Shown: positions 10,587 through 21,206, counted from the first letter of the stretch. The stretch: 64,000 nt of DNA from an uncultured virus (IMG/VR IMGVR_UViG_3300046522_000747) (IMGVR_UViG_3300046522_000747); one strand, 5' to 3'. The notes: generated by a model from the letters alone, not told the origin. A program made the numbers and translations.

Positions 10587-10601
10587 ATTGAGATAACCGT
10601 G

Positions 10602-11576
10602 TTACAGGTTATTCGGATTCCAAGGTTTGATCTGCTCTTTGATACTGGTTTCGGCCTTGCTGACCTGAAGTTTCATGCTGTCGTCAAACGTCATTTCCGA
10701 AGTTAGCTTGTCCAGTGCTTCTTTGGCTTGGAGGTGCTTTTGCAGCGAAGCTTCATTAAGCCAAGCGTAAGCCTCTGCCTTTGTGCTCATACCTTCAACC
10801 GTCTGGGTTGGTGGGAAAATTCCTTCGGCAATGCCTTTTCCCAATTCGAACATGGCCTCAGAGTCATTGTTCAGCGCCGACTTCAAAAAGCTGTCGCGAG
10901 CAATCATGTATTGACCTTTGGTCATTGCGTCACGACCGACAGCCAGAAGGGCTTTCGGCTGGCCACGTTCTGCCGCTGTTTTCAGGGCTAGCTCTGCCTG
11001 TTTTTCCTTGCCCATTTTGCTCGACAGAACGAAGGCGTAGTAGGCGGCTTCGACATCATTGCCGTCCTGATAGGCTTCGGTCAGGTAGTCAAGACCACGC
11101 GACTCTTTGTTCAGGAATGGGTGACGGAGGTTACCGTACATCAGGCCCATTTCACGCTTGGCACGCACGTCCGTTTTAGCAGCCTTTTTCATCAGATCAA
11201 TGCCCTGCTCCTCATTCTTAGCAGTGCGAACGCCGTACATGGTGTTCCAGGCGAGCATGATGGTAGCATCGGTGTTGCCCATTTTGTCAGCACGTGACAG
11301 ATATTCGTTGGACAATGCGCTATCGCGTTTCACAATGGTGTCAGTGGCGTAGATTTTGGCCAGATCGTAGTAGGCCTTGCTGCTACCGTACTCGCTCGCC
11401 AAAACCAGTGATGAGATTTTTGCTTCAGCGGACGGAGCCTGCTCTGCCTGAGCGAGAAGGTCATTCTGCTTGGTGAGATTCGCTTGCTCTTCCGGACTCA
11501 GCTGGTGTGGTGCATTGATCGCACAGCCAGTTAACAGCAAGCTGGAAAGAAGGAAGGTTGAGGCTAGAATACGCAT
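10602..11576 (-). CDS. Sel1-like repeat lipoprotein
   Basis: Lipobox LTGC; repeats such as AAERGQPKA, AMFELG, AYAWLNEAS. Confidence 0.8.
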   Translation of the reverse strand: MRILASTFLLSSLLLTGCAINAPHQLSPEEQANLTKQNDLLAQAEQAPSAEAKISSLVLASEYGSSKAYYDLAKIYATDTIVKRDSALSNEYLSRADKMGNTDATIMLAWNTMYGVRTAKNEEQGIDLMKKAAKTDVRAKREMGLMYGNLRHPFLNKESRGLDYLTEAYQDGNDVEAAYYAFVLSSKMGKEKQAELALKTAAERGQPKALLAVGRDAMTKGQYMIARDSFLKSALNNDSEAMFELGKGIAEGIFPPTQTVEGMSTKAEAYAWLNEASLQKHLQAKEALDKLTSEMTFDDSMKLQVSKAETSIKEQIKPWNPNNL

Positions 11577-11629
11577 GGTGACTCCTGTTGAATAATCATT
11601 TTCATATAGTATCAGATAAACTATGGCAG

Positions 11630-11944
11630 TTATTGTTTGCCTGAGGTTTTTTCGTTGTTTTTTGCGGACACAGCAGTCTGACCATCAGGCCGCGCTGTCA
11701 CGGTTCCAGCAGGAACCATCCAGGGCATGCTAGTGTTCGATGGTTTATGGATGTATCTGTAGGTGGCAGGCCGCGCCGTTACGGTTCCAGCGGGAACCAT
11801 CCACGGCATGCGAATGTTCGAGGGCTTATGGACGTGCTTGTAGATGCTCGGGTTGCCGCGTTCGCTGCCCTCCTCGCTAACGGCATAAGCAGTGTTGATC
11901 AGTGTCAAGGCGAGTAGTCCTGCCCATATGGTTCGATTGATCAT
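11630..11944 (-). CDS. small secreted protein with a 27-aa tandem repeat
   Basis: Signal peptide ending AYA; HKPSNxxMPWMVPAGTVTARP occurs twice. Confidence 0.65.
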   Translation of the reverse strand: MINRTIWAGLLALTLINTAYAVSEEGSERGNPSIYKHVHKPSNIRMPWMVPAGTVTARPATYRYIHKPSNTSMPWMVPAGTVTARPDGQTAVSAKNNEKTSGKQ

Positions 11945-11979
11945 GTTTTGGACTCTTTGGATATTATTGGTAAACACCA

Positions 11980-12465
11980 TTACATGCCTCGACCGCAATT
12001 GGAGCATGGCATCGGATTGTTGCGCTTGTCAGCTTGGAGCACATCGGCCAGCGTTTCGCACCCTTCCAGCCAATCAGGCATCAGCATTCGATTAGGCAGG
12101 CTTGCTTGCCATTTCTCAATTTTCTTCTCAGTAATGATCAGTGGCATGGGTAGTTTTCTGCCTCCGACCTGTTTTCCGTATTCGCACCCACGAAAATCCC
12201 AGTCTTTATTGACCACAGCCGTGGGTACAAAGTACGCGTATCGGCCTGCTCTCTTGGATTCTCCGCTTTTGTTCAGGTGTTCATGAAGCGTTTCACAATT
12301 GTGCGCTCTCAAATATTTGACGGGGTGAAATTTATGTCGCCAATTGTGCAGTGTCTCTGCATCCAGCTCCATGATCAGCTGCATGTAATCAACAATGCCA
12401 ATGCACTCCATCCAAAAAGTGCCATATTGTGGGTCATTTTCAATTGTAAGGAGAGGACGCGACAT
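11980..12465 (-). CDS. hypothetical protein
   Basis: GAGGG SD; C-terminal CxxC. Confidence 0.6.
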   Translation of the reverse strand: MSRPLLTIENDPQYGTFWMECIGIVDYMQLIMELDAETLHNWRHKFHPVKYLRAHNCETLHEHLNKSGESKRAGRYAYFVPTAVVNKDWDFRGCEYGKQVGGRKLPMPLIITEKKIEKWQASLPNRMLMPDWLEGCETLADVLQADKRNNPMPCSNCGRGM

Positions 12466-13153
12466 CGGGTTTACCCTCTAGGTTGAAATAGTAATCACCG
12501 TTTTTAATTTCTGACAGCAATTGTTGCCAGTGTTCTACTGGATGGCGCCCTACATGATTGCGCATATATTTTTTCACTAGGTCTTTTTGTCGCCACGGGA
12601 TCTCTGGGCCAACAAACTCACGGAGTTTTTTCCAGTCAGTATAATGTGGGGTGGTTATTTTCCAATATGAATCACAGGCAACACAGTGCGTGCAATCGTA
12701 TTTATGACCATCAAAAAAAGCACTTGCACACGTCATTTGTGATGATGGGTGTGAACAAGAGGCCCTCATCTCTGCTTTGAGATTTTTTACTGTGAGCTGA
12801 TATTCGCGCTCATCCTCTTGGGACTTCTTGTACCGGGCGTGTGCAGCCTCACGTTCAGGTCGGTCTCGTTCCCATTGACGATCCGAGTATTTCCTTTCGA
12901 TCAGACAGACAATTGGGATGACGACCCACTTAAGGAAAACTGCTCCAGCAAACACTGAGCATGCAACGATAGTCGTTGTCGCTGGATCGGAAACAAATGC
13001 ACTCAATAGGAGGGCTGATCCGCACATTATGGCGATCCAGGTAATGAGCCAGATCGGCATGAGAAAGAAGAAGGCAATAAGATCGCCAACATGATGTATC
13101 TCTGACACTGGCGGTTGTCTAAGGAAATTCCAAAGATCCTTCATTTTACGCAA
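12440..13153 (-). CDS. membrane protein with Cys-rich C-terminal domain
   Basis: Two TM segments; CxH...CTHCVACD. Confidence 0.6.
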   Translation of the reverse strand: MRKMKDLWNFLRQPPVSEIHHVGDLIAFFFLMPIWLITWIAIMCGSALLLSAFVSDPATTTIVACSVFAGAVFLKWVVIPIVCLIERKYSDRQWERDRPEREAAHARYKKSQEDEREYQLTVKNLKAEMRASCSHPSSQMTCASAFFDGHKYDCTHCVACDSYWKITTPHYTDWKKLREFVGPEIPWRQKDLVKKYMRNHVGRHPVEHWQQLLSEIKNGDYYFNLEGKPDVASSPYN

Positions 13154-13388
13154 TCCTCATCGTAGATTCACGACACCCAAGCACTATTCTCAATGGGGTG
13201 ATGTCGTTTATTGTCGCACGAGGAAGGGTGTCCAGGCACGTTGCACATGTTTTTAGCCGTGTTAAGCACTGTTTAGCCATATATAATAAATGCAAATGCA
13301 TAAAAGTCAACGCTCACAATGGTCATTACTATTGACAATAGTTGTGCGAACGGGTATAGTGTGTGAAAAGAGGAAGAGAGAAGAGAAC

Positions 13389-14105
13389 ATGAGGCTGATC
13401 TGCAAGGCATCTTTCAAGGACTACTACGATTCGTGCATGAGCTACGGCATTGATCCGTTGGTTGTTTACGTGCGTACTCATGAAGAGTTCAATGTCAATC
13501 GGCGTTATCGTGGCAAGGATGATCATGCTCATCATGCAACGTTCGCCAAGGCGCGTGCAGCCATTGCTGAGGATGACCTGCGCACCAGCCGCTACACCTC
13601 TGATTCGCGAGGAGATGCCCTGCTGGCATTCGTTGGATTCTGCGGCAAAATCTACCCAGCGCTTCGTATTGATGAAACTCCGCCGATTGATTATCGTGAT
13701 CCGCTGTATTACAGCCGCGAGAAGAAATACGCGTTCATTTATACGCTGGAGCAACTGGAGGCATATTCTGCCGCTCATCCTGACAATACGGGTGTCGTCG
13801 GTCTGCTCAAGCGCAAAAATATCGAGGCTTTCTTCAAGGTCAAAGATCGGATCGAGCCGTTTTTGATGGCTGATGCACCGATCTTTGCCTATTGCGACGG
13901 GGTGTTCCATATCAATCCCAAGCTCGTGGATTATGGTTTCGCCAAAATGATTGATGGAGCGCGGGCTTTCCAGGAAATCTCGGCTTTTATTTCCGGAACC
14001 CTTATGACGAAAAACCAAATGCCGCCTATTCCGATCACGGACAAACAACGGGCAGAAACCAAAGGGTTTGATGACATGAGTTTCCGCAAGGCGAAGAGCA
14101 AATAA
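13389..14105 (+). CDS. hypothetical protein
   Basis: Purine-rich SD before ATG 13389; promoter TTGACA-17-TATAGT upstream; FKDYYD...KGFD..SFRK. Confidence 0.75.
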   Translation: MRLICKASFKDYYDSCMSYGIDPLVVYVRTHEEFNVNRRYRGKDDHAHHATFAKARAAIAEDDLRTSRYTSDSRGDALLAFVGFCGKIYPALRIDETPPIDYRDPLYYSREKKYAFIYTLEQLEAYSAAHPDNTGVVGLLKRKNIEAFFKVKDRIEPFLMADAPIFAYCDGVFHINPKLVDYGFAKMIDGARAFQEISAFISGTLMTKNQMPPIPITDKQRAETKGFDDMSFRKAKSK

Positions 14106-14305
14106 CCCGCTGGCCACCTTTGCCTTGGAAAGGCAGTAAAAACTTGCTGTTGGTAGATAATAAATGCAAAAATGAGCCTCCTGCCCAAGGGGGCTTTTTT
14201 GTTTGTGTGATAATGAGATGTCGGCTTGCTGATAGCCTGTAAAGCATCTTATGTACTGATCGCTTATTAAAATAAATAGAATGGTTTGTTAATCCCGGAG
14301 TCTTT

Positions 14306-14995
14306 ATGCGTCACATCTTGGTTTTATTGCTCGTTGCGTTGTCCTTGAGTGCCCAGGCGTCTAATTATAGGCCCAGTCGTGATCACCACAGTTCAGAGAA
14401 AAAACTGACGGCTAAAGAAAAGTGTGAAAAAGAGGCGAAAGAGGATGCTGACGATTTTTCAGACGACAAAGATGACGATGCTGATGAAAAAAAGGGTTCC
14501 AGCAATTCTAAACTAGTCAGCTCCGATGATTCTGACGACGAAGAGGAGGATATCGGCTCTGAGGTTGGGGGTGGTGGGGATGGAGGGGATTCGGACGAGT
14601 CTGATGAAGCCAAGGAGACTGAGGAGGAGGAAAAGGCCCTCAAGGCTGAGGCCGATGAGGAGGCTAAAGACGCCAAAGATGACGCTGACGACGAGGCTGA
14701 TGGTGACTCACAGGATTCCGGTTCAGGTAAATCTGGAGCGCACTCTGATGACGACCAGGATGAGGCCAAAGAGTTGAAGGACGAAGCCGAGGATGAGGCA
14801 AAAGAGGCCAAGGATGAAGCTGATGAGGCTGTAGACACGGATGAAAAGGATGATGCTGATAAAGAAGCTGAAGCTGACAAGAAAGAGGCTGATGAGGAGG
14901 CAAAAGAGGCAAAGGAAGAGGCTGATGAGGCAGCTAAAGATGAAAAAGATGACTCCGATGGCAGCGAAACAGACGAGGAAGATGGTGGATGTTAA
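14306..14995 (+). CDS. secreted, extremely acidic low-complexity protein
   Basis: Signal peptide (AQA), D/E-rich EAKxAKDxADE repeats; GGAG SD. Confidence 0.7.
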   Translation: MRHILVLLLVALSLSAQASNYRPSRDHHSSEKKLTAKEKCEKEAKEDADDFSDDKDDDADEKKGSSNSKLVSSDDSDDEEEDIGSEVGGGGDGGDSDESDEAKETEEEEKALKAEADEEAKDAKDDADDEADGDSQDSGSGKSGAHSDDDQDEAKELKDEAEDEAKEAKDEADEAVDTDEKDDADKEAEADKKEADEEAKEAKEEADEAAKDEKDDSDGSETDEEDGGC

Positions 14996-15000
14996 GGGTT

Positions 15001-15045
15001 TATTCGGCTCATAAAGTGAGCCGAATAGAACTTCTATTCGGCTCA
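15001..15045. repeat. three copies of TATTCGGCTCA (direct, inverted, direct)
   Basis: 15001-15011, inverted 15017-15027, 15035-15045. Confidence 0.8.
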
Positions 15046-15151
15046 TCTGTTTTTACGACTTGGCTTTTTGCTCTTGCTGAGCTGCCGCAACCTTTTCCAA
15101 TCTTTTCTGTTCGCGAAGCTTCAATTTCATAAAGCTGTTCATCGGATCACC

Positions 15152-15865
15152 TTACAGGCTCATGCCCGGCTGTTGTTGTGGTTTGCGGTTCAGTTTCAGG
15201 TGCTCCTCGATATCCATTCCCTTGATTACCGACAAGGCGTTCCCCTGCTTGATAACCACATCAGAAATATCGAAAAGATTGCCCTCATTCCCTAGGCGCA
15301 TGTATTCGCCAGCATCTTCCCTCTCCTGAATTTCCGTCATCTCCTGAGGTGATGCTGCGGCTTCATCGACCATGAAAATTGCAATATCTGGCAAACAGGC
15401 TCTGCGATTTACTTCGTAATCAGCAAGGCAGTCCAGGGCATCTTGTTCATTATCAGCATAGACAAGATACTCCACTGAAAAGTTACCGGCTGGCATGCCG
15501 ACAATGAACGCTTTATCGGTAAAAGCTTTGTCATCGTAGTTAATGGCGTGGGTAATTTTTGTGTGGCCACCCTCTTTGTATTTTGCCCACAACTCAAGTT
15601 CCGGAGTCTCGGCTTTCGCCAAGGATACGGCGTCTGCCTTGTCGCCGTAGATTGCCATCAGATCACTCATCTGAAACGCGAGAAGCTTTATGTCTGTTTC
15701 AGAAAGCTTAAGATCATCATGAGCAATCTCCATGTAGCCAAGGTTGAGATCTTCCAGCGCCAACTTTCCCTCGTAAGCAGGCAATGCGCCCATGACTTCA
15801 ATAACTTGCTGTAGGTATCCTGTGGGTTTCATATTCTTCTCGATTAAATTATGGGTTGATAACAA
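15152..15865 (-). CDS. hypothetical protein (likely start 15832)
   Basis: ORF downstream of the helicase on the same strand. Confidence 0.65.
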   Translation of the reverse strand: MLSTHNLIEKNMKPTGYLQQVIEVMGALPAYEGKLALEDLNLGYMEIAHDDLKLSETDIKLLAFQMSDLMAIYGDKADAVSLAKAETPELELWAKYKEGGHTKITHAINYDDKAFTDKAFIVGMPAGNFSVEYLVYADNEQDALDCLADYEVNRRACLPDIAIFMVDEAAASPQEMTEIQEREDAGEYMRLGNEGNLFDISDVVIKQGNALSVIKGMDIEEHLKLNRKPQQQPGMSL

Positions 15866-16196
15866 TGCTTTGTGAATTTGGTTTGATTCTGGTCAGCGTT
15901 AACTCTTCGTAAAGCCTGCCTTTTGCGTCTTCAAGCAGCTTTTTGTCTGCAAGAAAGTTCGATATCTGAAGATGAAAATCTTTCAGTATGGATGGGCTGG
16001 CATTGCGACTGAGTATTTCTGACTCAATCGCATTTTTATACGTCGAATTTTCCAGACTTTCTGAAATATCTGACAGTAATTCTTGGTCGGTGCCTTTTTC
16101 AGCACCAAGCTGACTCAACCATGCTTTAGCATCTTCTTGAGCCAGCAATGTCACCATTTCAGTTTCTTGCGGCATAACTCTATCCTTTTCACCCAT
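15849..16196 (-). CDS. hypothetical protein
   Basis: ORF immediately downstream of the helicase. Confidence 0.55.
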   Translation of the reverse strand: MGEKDRVMPQETEMVTLLAQEDAKAWLSQLGAEKGTDQELLSDISESLENSTYKNAIESEILSRNASPSILKDFHLQISNFLADKKLLEDAKGRLYEELTLTRIKPNSQSIVINP

Positions 16197-16208
16197 TTTA
16201 CCATGATT

Positions 16209-18101
16209 TTATTGTTGTTTTTGTATCAGGGCGCTCGGGATAGCTTTGAAAAAGAACTCTTCTGTTTTAGCTGGATACGTTTCTTCATCGCGATAGTTGG
16301 AGTCATCGTTGATTCTGCTCAGATAAAGCTGCTCCTTCACTCGTGTCAATGCCACATACGCAACACGACGCTCCTCCTCTTCCTCATTCACATTACCTTT
16401 ACTGCGTTTGTTCGGGTACACCCCGTCTTTGATGTGTGGCATGAAGCAATAATCGGCCTCTGTGCCCTTAGCGCTGTGAATCGTGATCAGGGTCACGACG
16501 TTGCGCTTGTGCTTGTTGGCGAGCTGGGAGAACGTCGCAGGCTCTAGAGCGATGTCGTCCAGTAACGCATCAAGAGAGTTAAAATCTGCGGCGTAATCAC
16601 ACAGCGCCTCTACGTCCTTGATACGCTCCTTGTTTTTGTCGTATTTACGGATCTGAATGATTTCAGGCATGTAGGTATTAATCAGGGCCAGCGCCTTCGA
16701 TGGTTGAAACCGCAAGGCTTGAAGCTGATGGTAAATCTGCGTCACTGAGTGGGTCGCGCCAAAGGTTCCTGCAAGCGTGGCATTGATCATCTGCTGATTA
16801 CCACGACAGGCAATGATAGAAGGGATGGCCTTGTTGGCTTTTGCGGCTCCTACGCCCTTCCAGAGCGTTAGGAAGCGCATCCAGGCAATCTCATCGTTGT
16901 GGTTGGTGGTAATGCGGATGACGCTAATCAGGTCTTTGATGTGTGCAGTCTTGTAAAGGTTGTCGCCTCCAATGACCTGATAGCGAATCTCGGCCTCTGC
17001 CAATGCTTTGCGGATCTGCATGCCATCAAAGGATGAGCGCAATAAAATCATGATCTCACCAGGATCTACGTCATCACATAGCAGTCGTTTAATCTGACTG
17101 GTTACCCAGAAAGCTTCCATGAATGGACTCTGGAATTCGGCCAGAATCGGCTTGTTTCCGCCTGTCCCTTTGCCTGAGACCAGATCCTTGTCATACGTGA
17201 GCGTGGAGCGTTTTAGCAGCCAGTTGGCGAGATCCAAAGATTCTTGGTGACTACGATAGTTCGTGATCAGTTTGAATACTTTGCTGTTCGGAAATTTTTC
17301 GGTAAAGCTATGGATGTTATGGAAATCAGCGCCACGGAAACCATAGATACTTTGTGCGTCATCCCCTACAGCAAAAAGGCGGGTATCCCGCATGCTGATT
17401 AGCTTCAACAGGAAAAACTGGATGGGGTTCGCGTCTTGAAATTCGTCGATCAGCACTTCATCAAACAGTCCATTGATGTGTTCTTTGAATTTTGGATTCG
17501 TTTTTATTTCTGCACAGAACATAATCAAGATGTCATCAAAATCTATATAGGATCTTGATTTTTTATGCCTCTCGAAGTTTTTGATGAGATCAGTGATGAC
17601 ATCTCCCCTCTCCTTTTGAATCTTCAGGGCCGTAAGTCTGGTATCGATAGAAACGCAGGTGTTTTTACAGTAGCTCCACAATTCAATCACAGTATCGGCG
17701 CCAGGAAGCAGATCGACAGGCAGGTCTTTTTCTTTTGCGTAATTGGCGATAATGACCTTCATTAGGCTTTTCTGATCTTGAGCATCAATGATTGTGTGTC
17801 GTTTGCCCTCAAAAAACTGTGGTGAATCAATGAGCACAGACAGTGCGTAAGCATGGAAGGTTTTGACTTGCAGGTCATCGGCCTTGCTACCAAGCTGTTT
17901 TCTGAGGCGAACCTTCATTTCGCGAGCAGATCGGTTGGTAAAGGATACAGCGAGAATTCTGCCAGGAGGCACGCCTTTTTTGATCAAAAACTTGATGCGC
18001 TCAATCAGCGTTGTGGTTTTACCTGTACCGGCGCCCGCCAGGATGAGCATATTTTTCTCTGGGCCAACGTAATGCGCTGCTAATTTCTGTTCTGTGTTCA
18101 T
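16209..18101 (-). CDS. UvrD/PcrA/Rep-family SF1 helicase
   Basis: AGAGTGKT, FTNRSA, DEFQD, VGDDAQSIYGFRGA, NYRS, TIHSAKGTE, EERRVAYVALTR. Confidence 0.95.
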   Translation of the reverse strand: MNTEQKLAAHYVGPEKNMLILAGAGTGKTTTLIERIKFLIKKGVPPGRILAVSFTNRSAREMKVRLRKQLGSKADDLQVKTFHAYALSVLIDSPQFFEGKRHTIIDAQDQKSLMKVIIANYAKEKDLPVDLLPGADTVIELWSYCKNTCVSIDTRLTALKIQKERGDVITDLIKNFERHKKSRSYIDFDDILIMFCAEIKTNPKFKEHINGLFDEVLIDEFQDANPIQFFLLKLISMRDTRLFAVGDDAQSIYGFRGADFHNIHSFTEKFPNSKVFKLITNYRSHQESLDLANWLLKRSTLTYDKDLVSGKGTGGNKPILAEFQSPFMEAFWVTSQIKRLLCDDVDPGEIMILLRSSFDGMQIRKALAEAEIRYQVIGGDNLYKTAHIKDLISVIRITTNHNDEIAWMRFLTLWKGVGAAKANKAIPSIIACRGNQQMINATLAGTFGATHSVTQIYHQLQALRFQPSKALALINTYMPEIIQIRKYDKNKERIKDVEALCDYAADFNSLDALLDDIALEPATFSQLANKHKRNVVTLITIHSAKGTEADYCFMPHIKDGVYPNKRSKGNVNEEEEERRVAYVALTRVKEQLYLSRINDDSNYRDEETYPAKTEEFFFKAIPSALIQKQQ

Positions 18102-18234
18102 AGAATTATTCTTTTTATTATTTAGGATACTGTAACATTTTTGCAGAATCTTGGATAGGCTTGCGTCTCTTAAGCAGAACGACCTTTACATCCTCTATTA
18201 GCTGCATATAATATTCGCTTTTCTAGGAGGTAAT

Positions 18235-19317
18235 ATGACCGTAACTGATTTGGAAAAACGCTCAGGAGTCATCCTCGCGTTGTTGGTGATGGCTTCGGGC
18301 ATCTACCTTATTGCTCCGTTTTTCCAGCCAATGTTTTGGGCTGGTCTGATGGTGATGACCTCATGGCCTCTGATGGTGAGGCTAAACAAGGCGTGGCATC
18401 GGCCCCTGCTCAATGCGGGCTTGCTGACCCTCATCTGGACGTTTTTGGTCATCGGGCCATTGGTGGCCATTGTCCTAATGCTGTCGGGTGACGCTAAGGA
18501 TCTGGTATCCAAGGCGATGCTGTACATACACGCTCCGCTGCCTGATCTGCCAGCATTTGTTGGCAAAATCCCAGGCGTAGGCGCGCCAATCAGCAAGGGA
18601 TGGATTGATCTTCAGGCTCAGGGTGCCGATTGGTTTGGTCAGTTTAAGCCTTACGTGAACAAAACCGTAGGTGTGTTGCTGTCTCAGACGGGTAACATTG
18701 GTAAAATCCTGATGGATGTCAGCTTGACACTCTTGTTCACCTTTTTGTTTTATTGGGAGGGTGAGCGAATTGTTCAGTTTGCTCATTCTGTTTTGGGTCG
18801 CATTGCCGGTTCAAAATCGAGAAACTACGTCACCATCGTCACCTCTACGTTGCAGAACGTGATTAATGGCATTGTAGGCACGGCCTTGGCTCAAGCGGTG
18901 TTGGCGCTGATCGGTTTTGCTGTGGCTGGAGTGCCAGGGGCGTTGCTCTTGGGCGTAGGTACATTCTTTCTCGCTCTCATACCGATGGGGCCTCCTCTGC
19001 TCTGGCTTCCAGCAGCCGGGTGGTTGTTCTACCAAGGTGATATCGGCTGGGCCATCGCGCTGGCCGCATGGGGCGCACTGGTGGTTAGCGGCGTGGACAA
19101 TATCCTTAAGCCGATCCTGATCAGCCGAGGTAGCGTGCTGCCTTTGCCATTGGTGCTGTTGGGTGTGTTTGGTGGTGTTCTTAATCTCGGGTTTATCGGT
19201 ATTTTTATCGGTCCTGCGGTGATTGCGCTTGGCTACAGCTTGATGATCGTTTGGTTGAATGACGACCAAGCTCCAGTTGAAAGTGATAAATCTGAAGAAA
19301 GTGTTCAGACAAAATAA
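18235..19317 (+). CDS. AI-2E family transporter (YdiK-like)
   Basis: Multi-TM; DNILKPILI and GVFGGVLNLGFIGIFIGP motifs. Confidence 0.9.
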   Translation: MTVTDLEKRSGVILALLVMASGIYLIAPFFQPMFWAGLMVMTSWPLMVRLNKAWHRPLLNAGLLTLIWTFLVIGPLVAIVLMLSGDAKDLVSKAMLYIHAPLPDLPAFVGKIPGVGAPISKGWIDLQAQGADWFGQFKPYVNKTVGVLLSQTGNIGKILMDVSLTLLFTFLFYWEGERIVQFAHSVLGRIAGSKSRNYVTIVTSTLQNVINGIVGTALAQAVLALIGFAVAGVPGALLLGVGTFFLALIPMGPPLLWLPAAGWLFYQGDIGWAIALAAWGALVVSGVDNILKPILISRGSVLPLPLVLLGVFGGVLNLGFIGIFIGPAVIALGYSLMIVWLNDDQAPVESDKSEESVQTK

Positions 19318-19373
19318 AATCAATAATAAGGCGAGTATCGACTCGCCTTTGGCGAAAATATCCAGGGGGTTGT

Positions 19374-21206
19374 ATGGGCTATTTGCATGTCACGGAAGTT
19401 TCAGCTTCCGAGCTAGAGTTAAAGAGAAAGCAATTTACGCAATGTTTGTATTTGTTGCCGGACGATAACGATCTTTGGAGCAAAAACAAAGTATTCGGAG
19501 ACCAAAATTTTATAGATGCTTTTTTCTATGCATCAGCGACACTTAATACATTTGACATGTATCAATCCGTGCAAGACTTCAGATTTCTAGCAAATGCAAT
19601 GATTAATAACGTTGGGATCAAAGACAAGTCAAAAAGTGATAATTCTGACCTAATGAAGGCATTATTTAAGCTTTTTCGGGCCGGTTCTGAGGTGGGTACT
19701 TTGATGGAATCCGCTCAGGTCTATATAAAAGGCGTGGACTTGTCGGTTGCTAAGTTCCTTCCTAAAAACCGATCCATATTGGCCTTTCATTTTGCCTGTA
19801 TCGGGTATAGTGTTTTTTGTAGATACCCAAGTATTGATTTGAGTAAAACGGCCACCGATTTGACAAAAGCTATCAGTGAGAAATTTTATTCAAGTTACCA
19901 TTTCATTGATTTCTTCAACGGTGGAAAGCAGTTGGAGCAATCAACAATAGAATGGTTTGAGGCAGAGTTAAACGCAGCAATAACAAAGGTTAACTGTGTT
20001 CTTTTTAGTAAGCATATGAATTTGTTCAATGCAGATTTTTCTGCTCAGATCATAATGAATGACTCCAAATTCATTGAGACATATAAAAAACTGATCGCTG
20101 GAGCATTCGTTAACTCGACTAACGATGTTGCAAAATTCAAAGCTTACATAGTTGCCTCTCTCTGTGACACAACGAAGGAAGATGAGGCGGCAGCTGTTAG
20201 AGATTTGCTAGCAAAATTACCCACTCCAATTGTAGCGGAAGAAAAAACCAAAGATGAATTGTCTACTGCATCTTCAGGAGCTTCTGTAACAAGAGAAAGG
20301 GTTCAGTACGGCTCATTTTTGTACAAGTTAGATAAGTATGATGAAGCTGCTGATGTGGAGCTGTTTTATCTTCCAATCATCAGGAATAATCTTGAAAAAA
20401 TTGATAAGTTATTCAACGATTTTCCGAATTTTTCTGAGCCACTAGCATTTATTAGGCGCCATGTACTTATTAATCTAATCGCTGGTGGGCCATTTAGCTT
20501 TCCTCCAATATGTTTAAAGGGGCCAGGGGGAACGGGGAAGTCTGAATTCAGTCAGGCATTAAAGGCTGCATTAGATGCCACGACCATTAATATTCATGCG
20601 AGCCAAATAACCTGTGGAAGCATTTTGTCTGGGTTGCAAAGAACGTGGGGAAATGCTCAGCCTGGAATGATTACGGAAAAAATGGGTGAAACACAAATTG
20701 TGAATCCTCTTGTTATCTTTGAAGAGCTTTCAGCATTAACCACCCCTTATGGTAATGGATCAGATCCAATGGTTGCATTGCAAAGAATGCTTGATGTGAA
20801 CGAAGCCAAAAGATTTATTGATGGCTTCACGTTGAATAAAGTCGATCTAAGTAAAATTAGTTGGGTTTTTTCAGCAAATCACATTAACAACTTAACGGAA
20901 TGGTTCAAGCAGAGAGTTCAGTTTTTTAACATAGAGCAAATCTCTGAAAGCGATTACCCGAAAGTTTTGAATAAACTGTATAGGGATTCAATTGATGAGC
21001 TTAACTTAGGGGCCGTTATTTCCAGCGAACTGAATGATATGTCTCGACAAATGTTGTTGAAAAAGATGCGAAAAGGAACTGACTTCAGGCGCTTCAAATC
21101 ACTGATCAAGGATTCCATTAGTGCTTATTGTGATAAAAATTTCGAGACAATCGTTGCTCGACCGGCAGGCGAGAAGCTTCATGTAGAACTGGAGTTCTTA
21201 AGGTAA
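19374..21206 (+). CDS. Lon-type AAA+ ATPase domain protein without a protease domain
   Basis: GPGGTGKS Walker A, WGNAQPG, NPLVIFEEL, F.D...VDLSKISWVFSAN. Confidence 0.75.
   Translation: MGYLHVTEVSASELELKRKQFTQCLYLLPDDNDLWSKNKVFGDQNFIDAFFYASATLNTFDMYQSVQDFRFLANAMINNVGIKDKSKSDNSDLMKALFKLFRAGSEVGTLMESAQVYIKGVDLSVAKFLPKNRSILAFHFACIGYSVFCRYPSIDLSKTATDLTKAISEKFYSSYHFIDFFNGGKQLEQSTIEWFEAELNAAITKVNCVLFSKHMNLFNADFSAQIIMNDSKFIETYKKLIAGAFVNSTNDVAKFKAYIVASLCDTTKEDEAAAVRDLLAKLPTPIVAEEKTKDELSTASSGASVTRERVQYGSFLYKLDKYDEAADVELFYLPIIRNNLEKIDKLFNDFPNFSEPLAFIRRHVLINLIAGGPFSFPPICLKGPGGTGKSEFSQALKAALDATTINIHASQITCGSILSGLQRTWGNAQPGMITEKMGETQIVNPLVIFEELSALTTPYGNGSDPMVALQRMLDVNEAKRFIDGFTLNKVDLSKISWVFSANHINNLTEWFKQRVQFFNIEQISESDYPKVLNKLYRDSIDELNLGAVISSELNDMSRQMLLKKMRKGTDFRRFKSLIKDSISAYCDKNFETIVARPAGEKLHVELEFLR

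Noticed and set aside
10539..10600. TAG-C stop of the DUF3841-like gene as a gate
   Set aside because: It runs into a terminator with no downstream ORF.
13329..14117. Long antisense ORFs (also 21317-22039, 42742-43413, 54394-55104, 57735-58433)
   Set aside because: They overlap better-supported genes and lack SD sequences or motifs.
14383..14880. Ser-rich antisense ORF
   Set aside because: Shadow of the acidic low-complexity gene.
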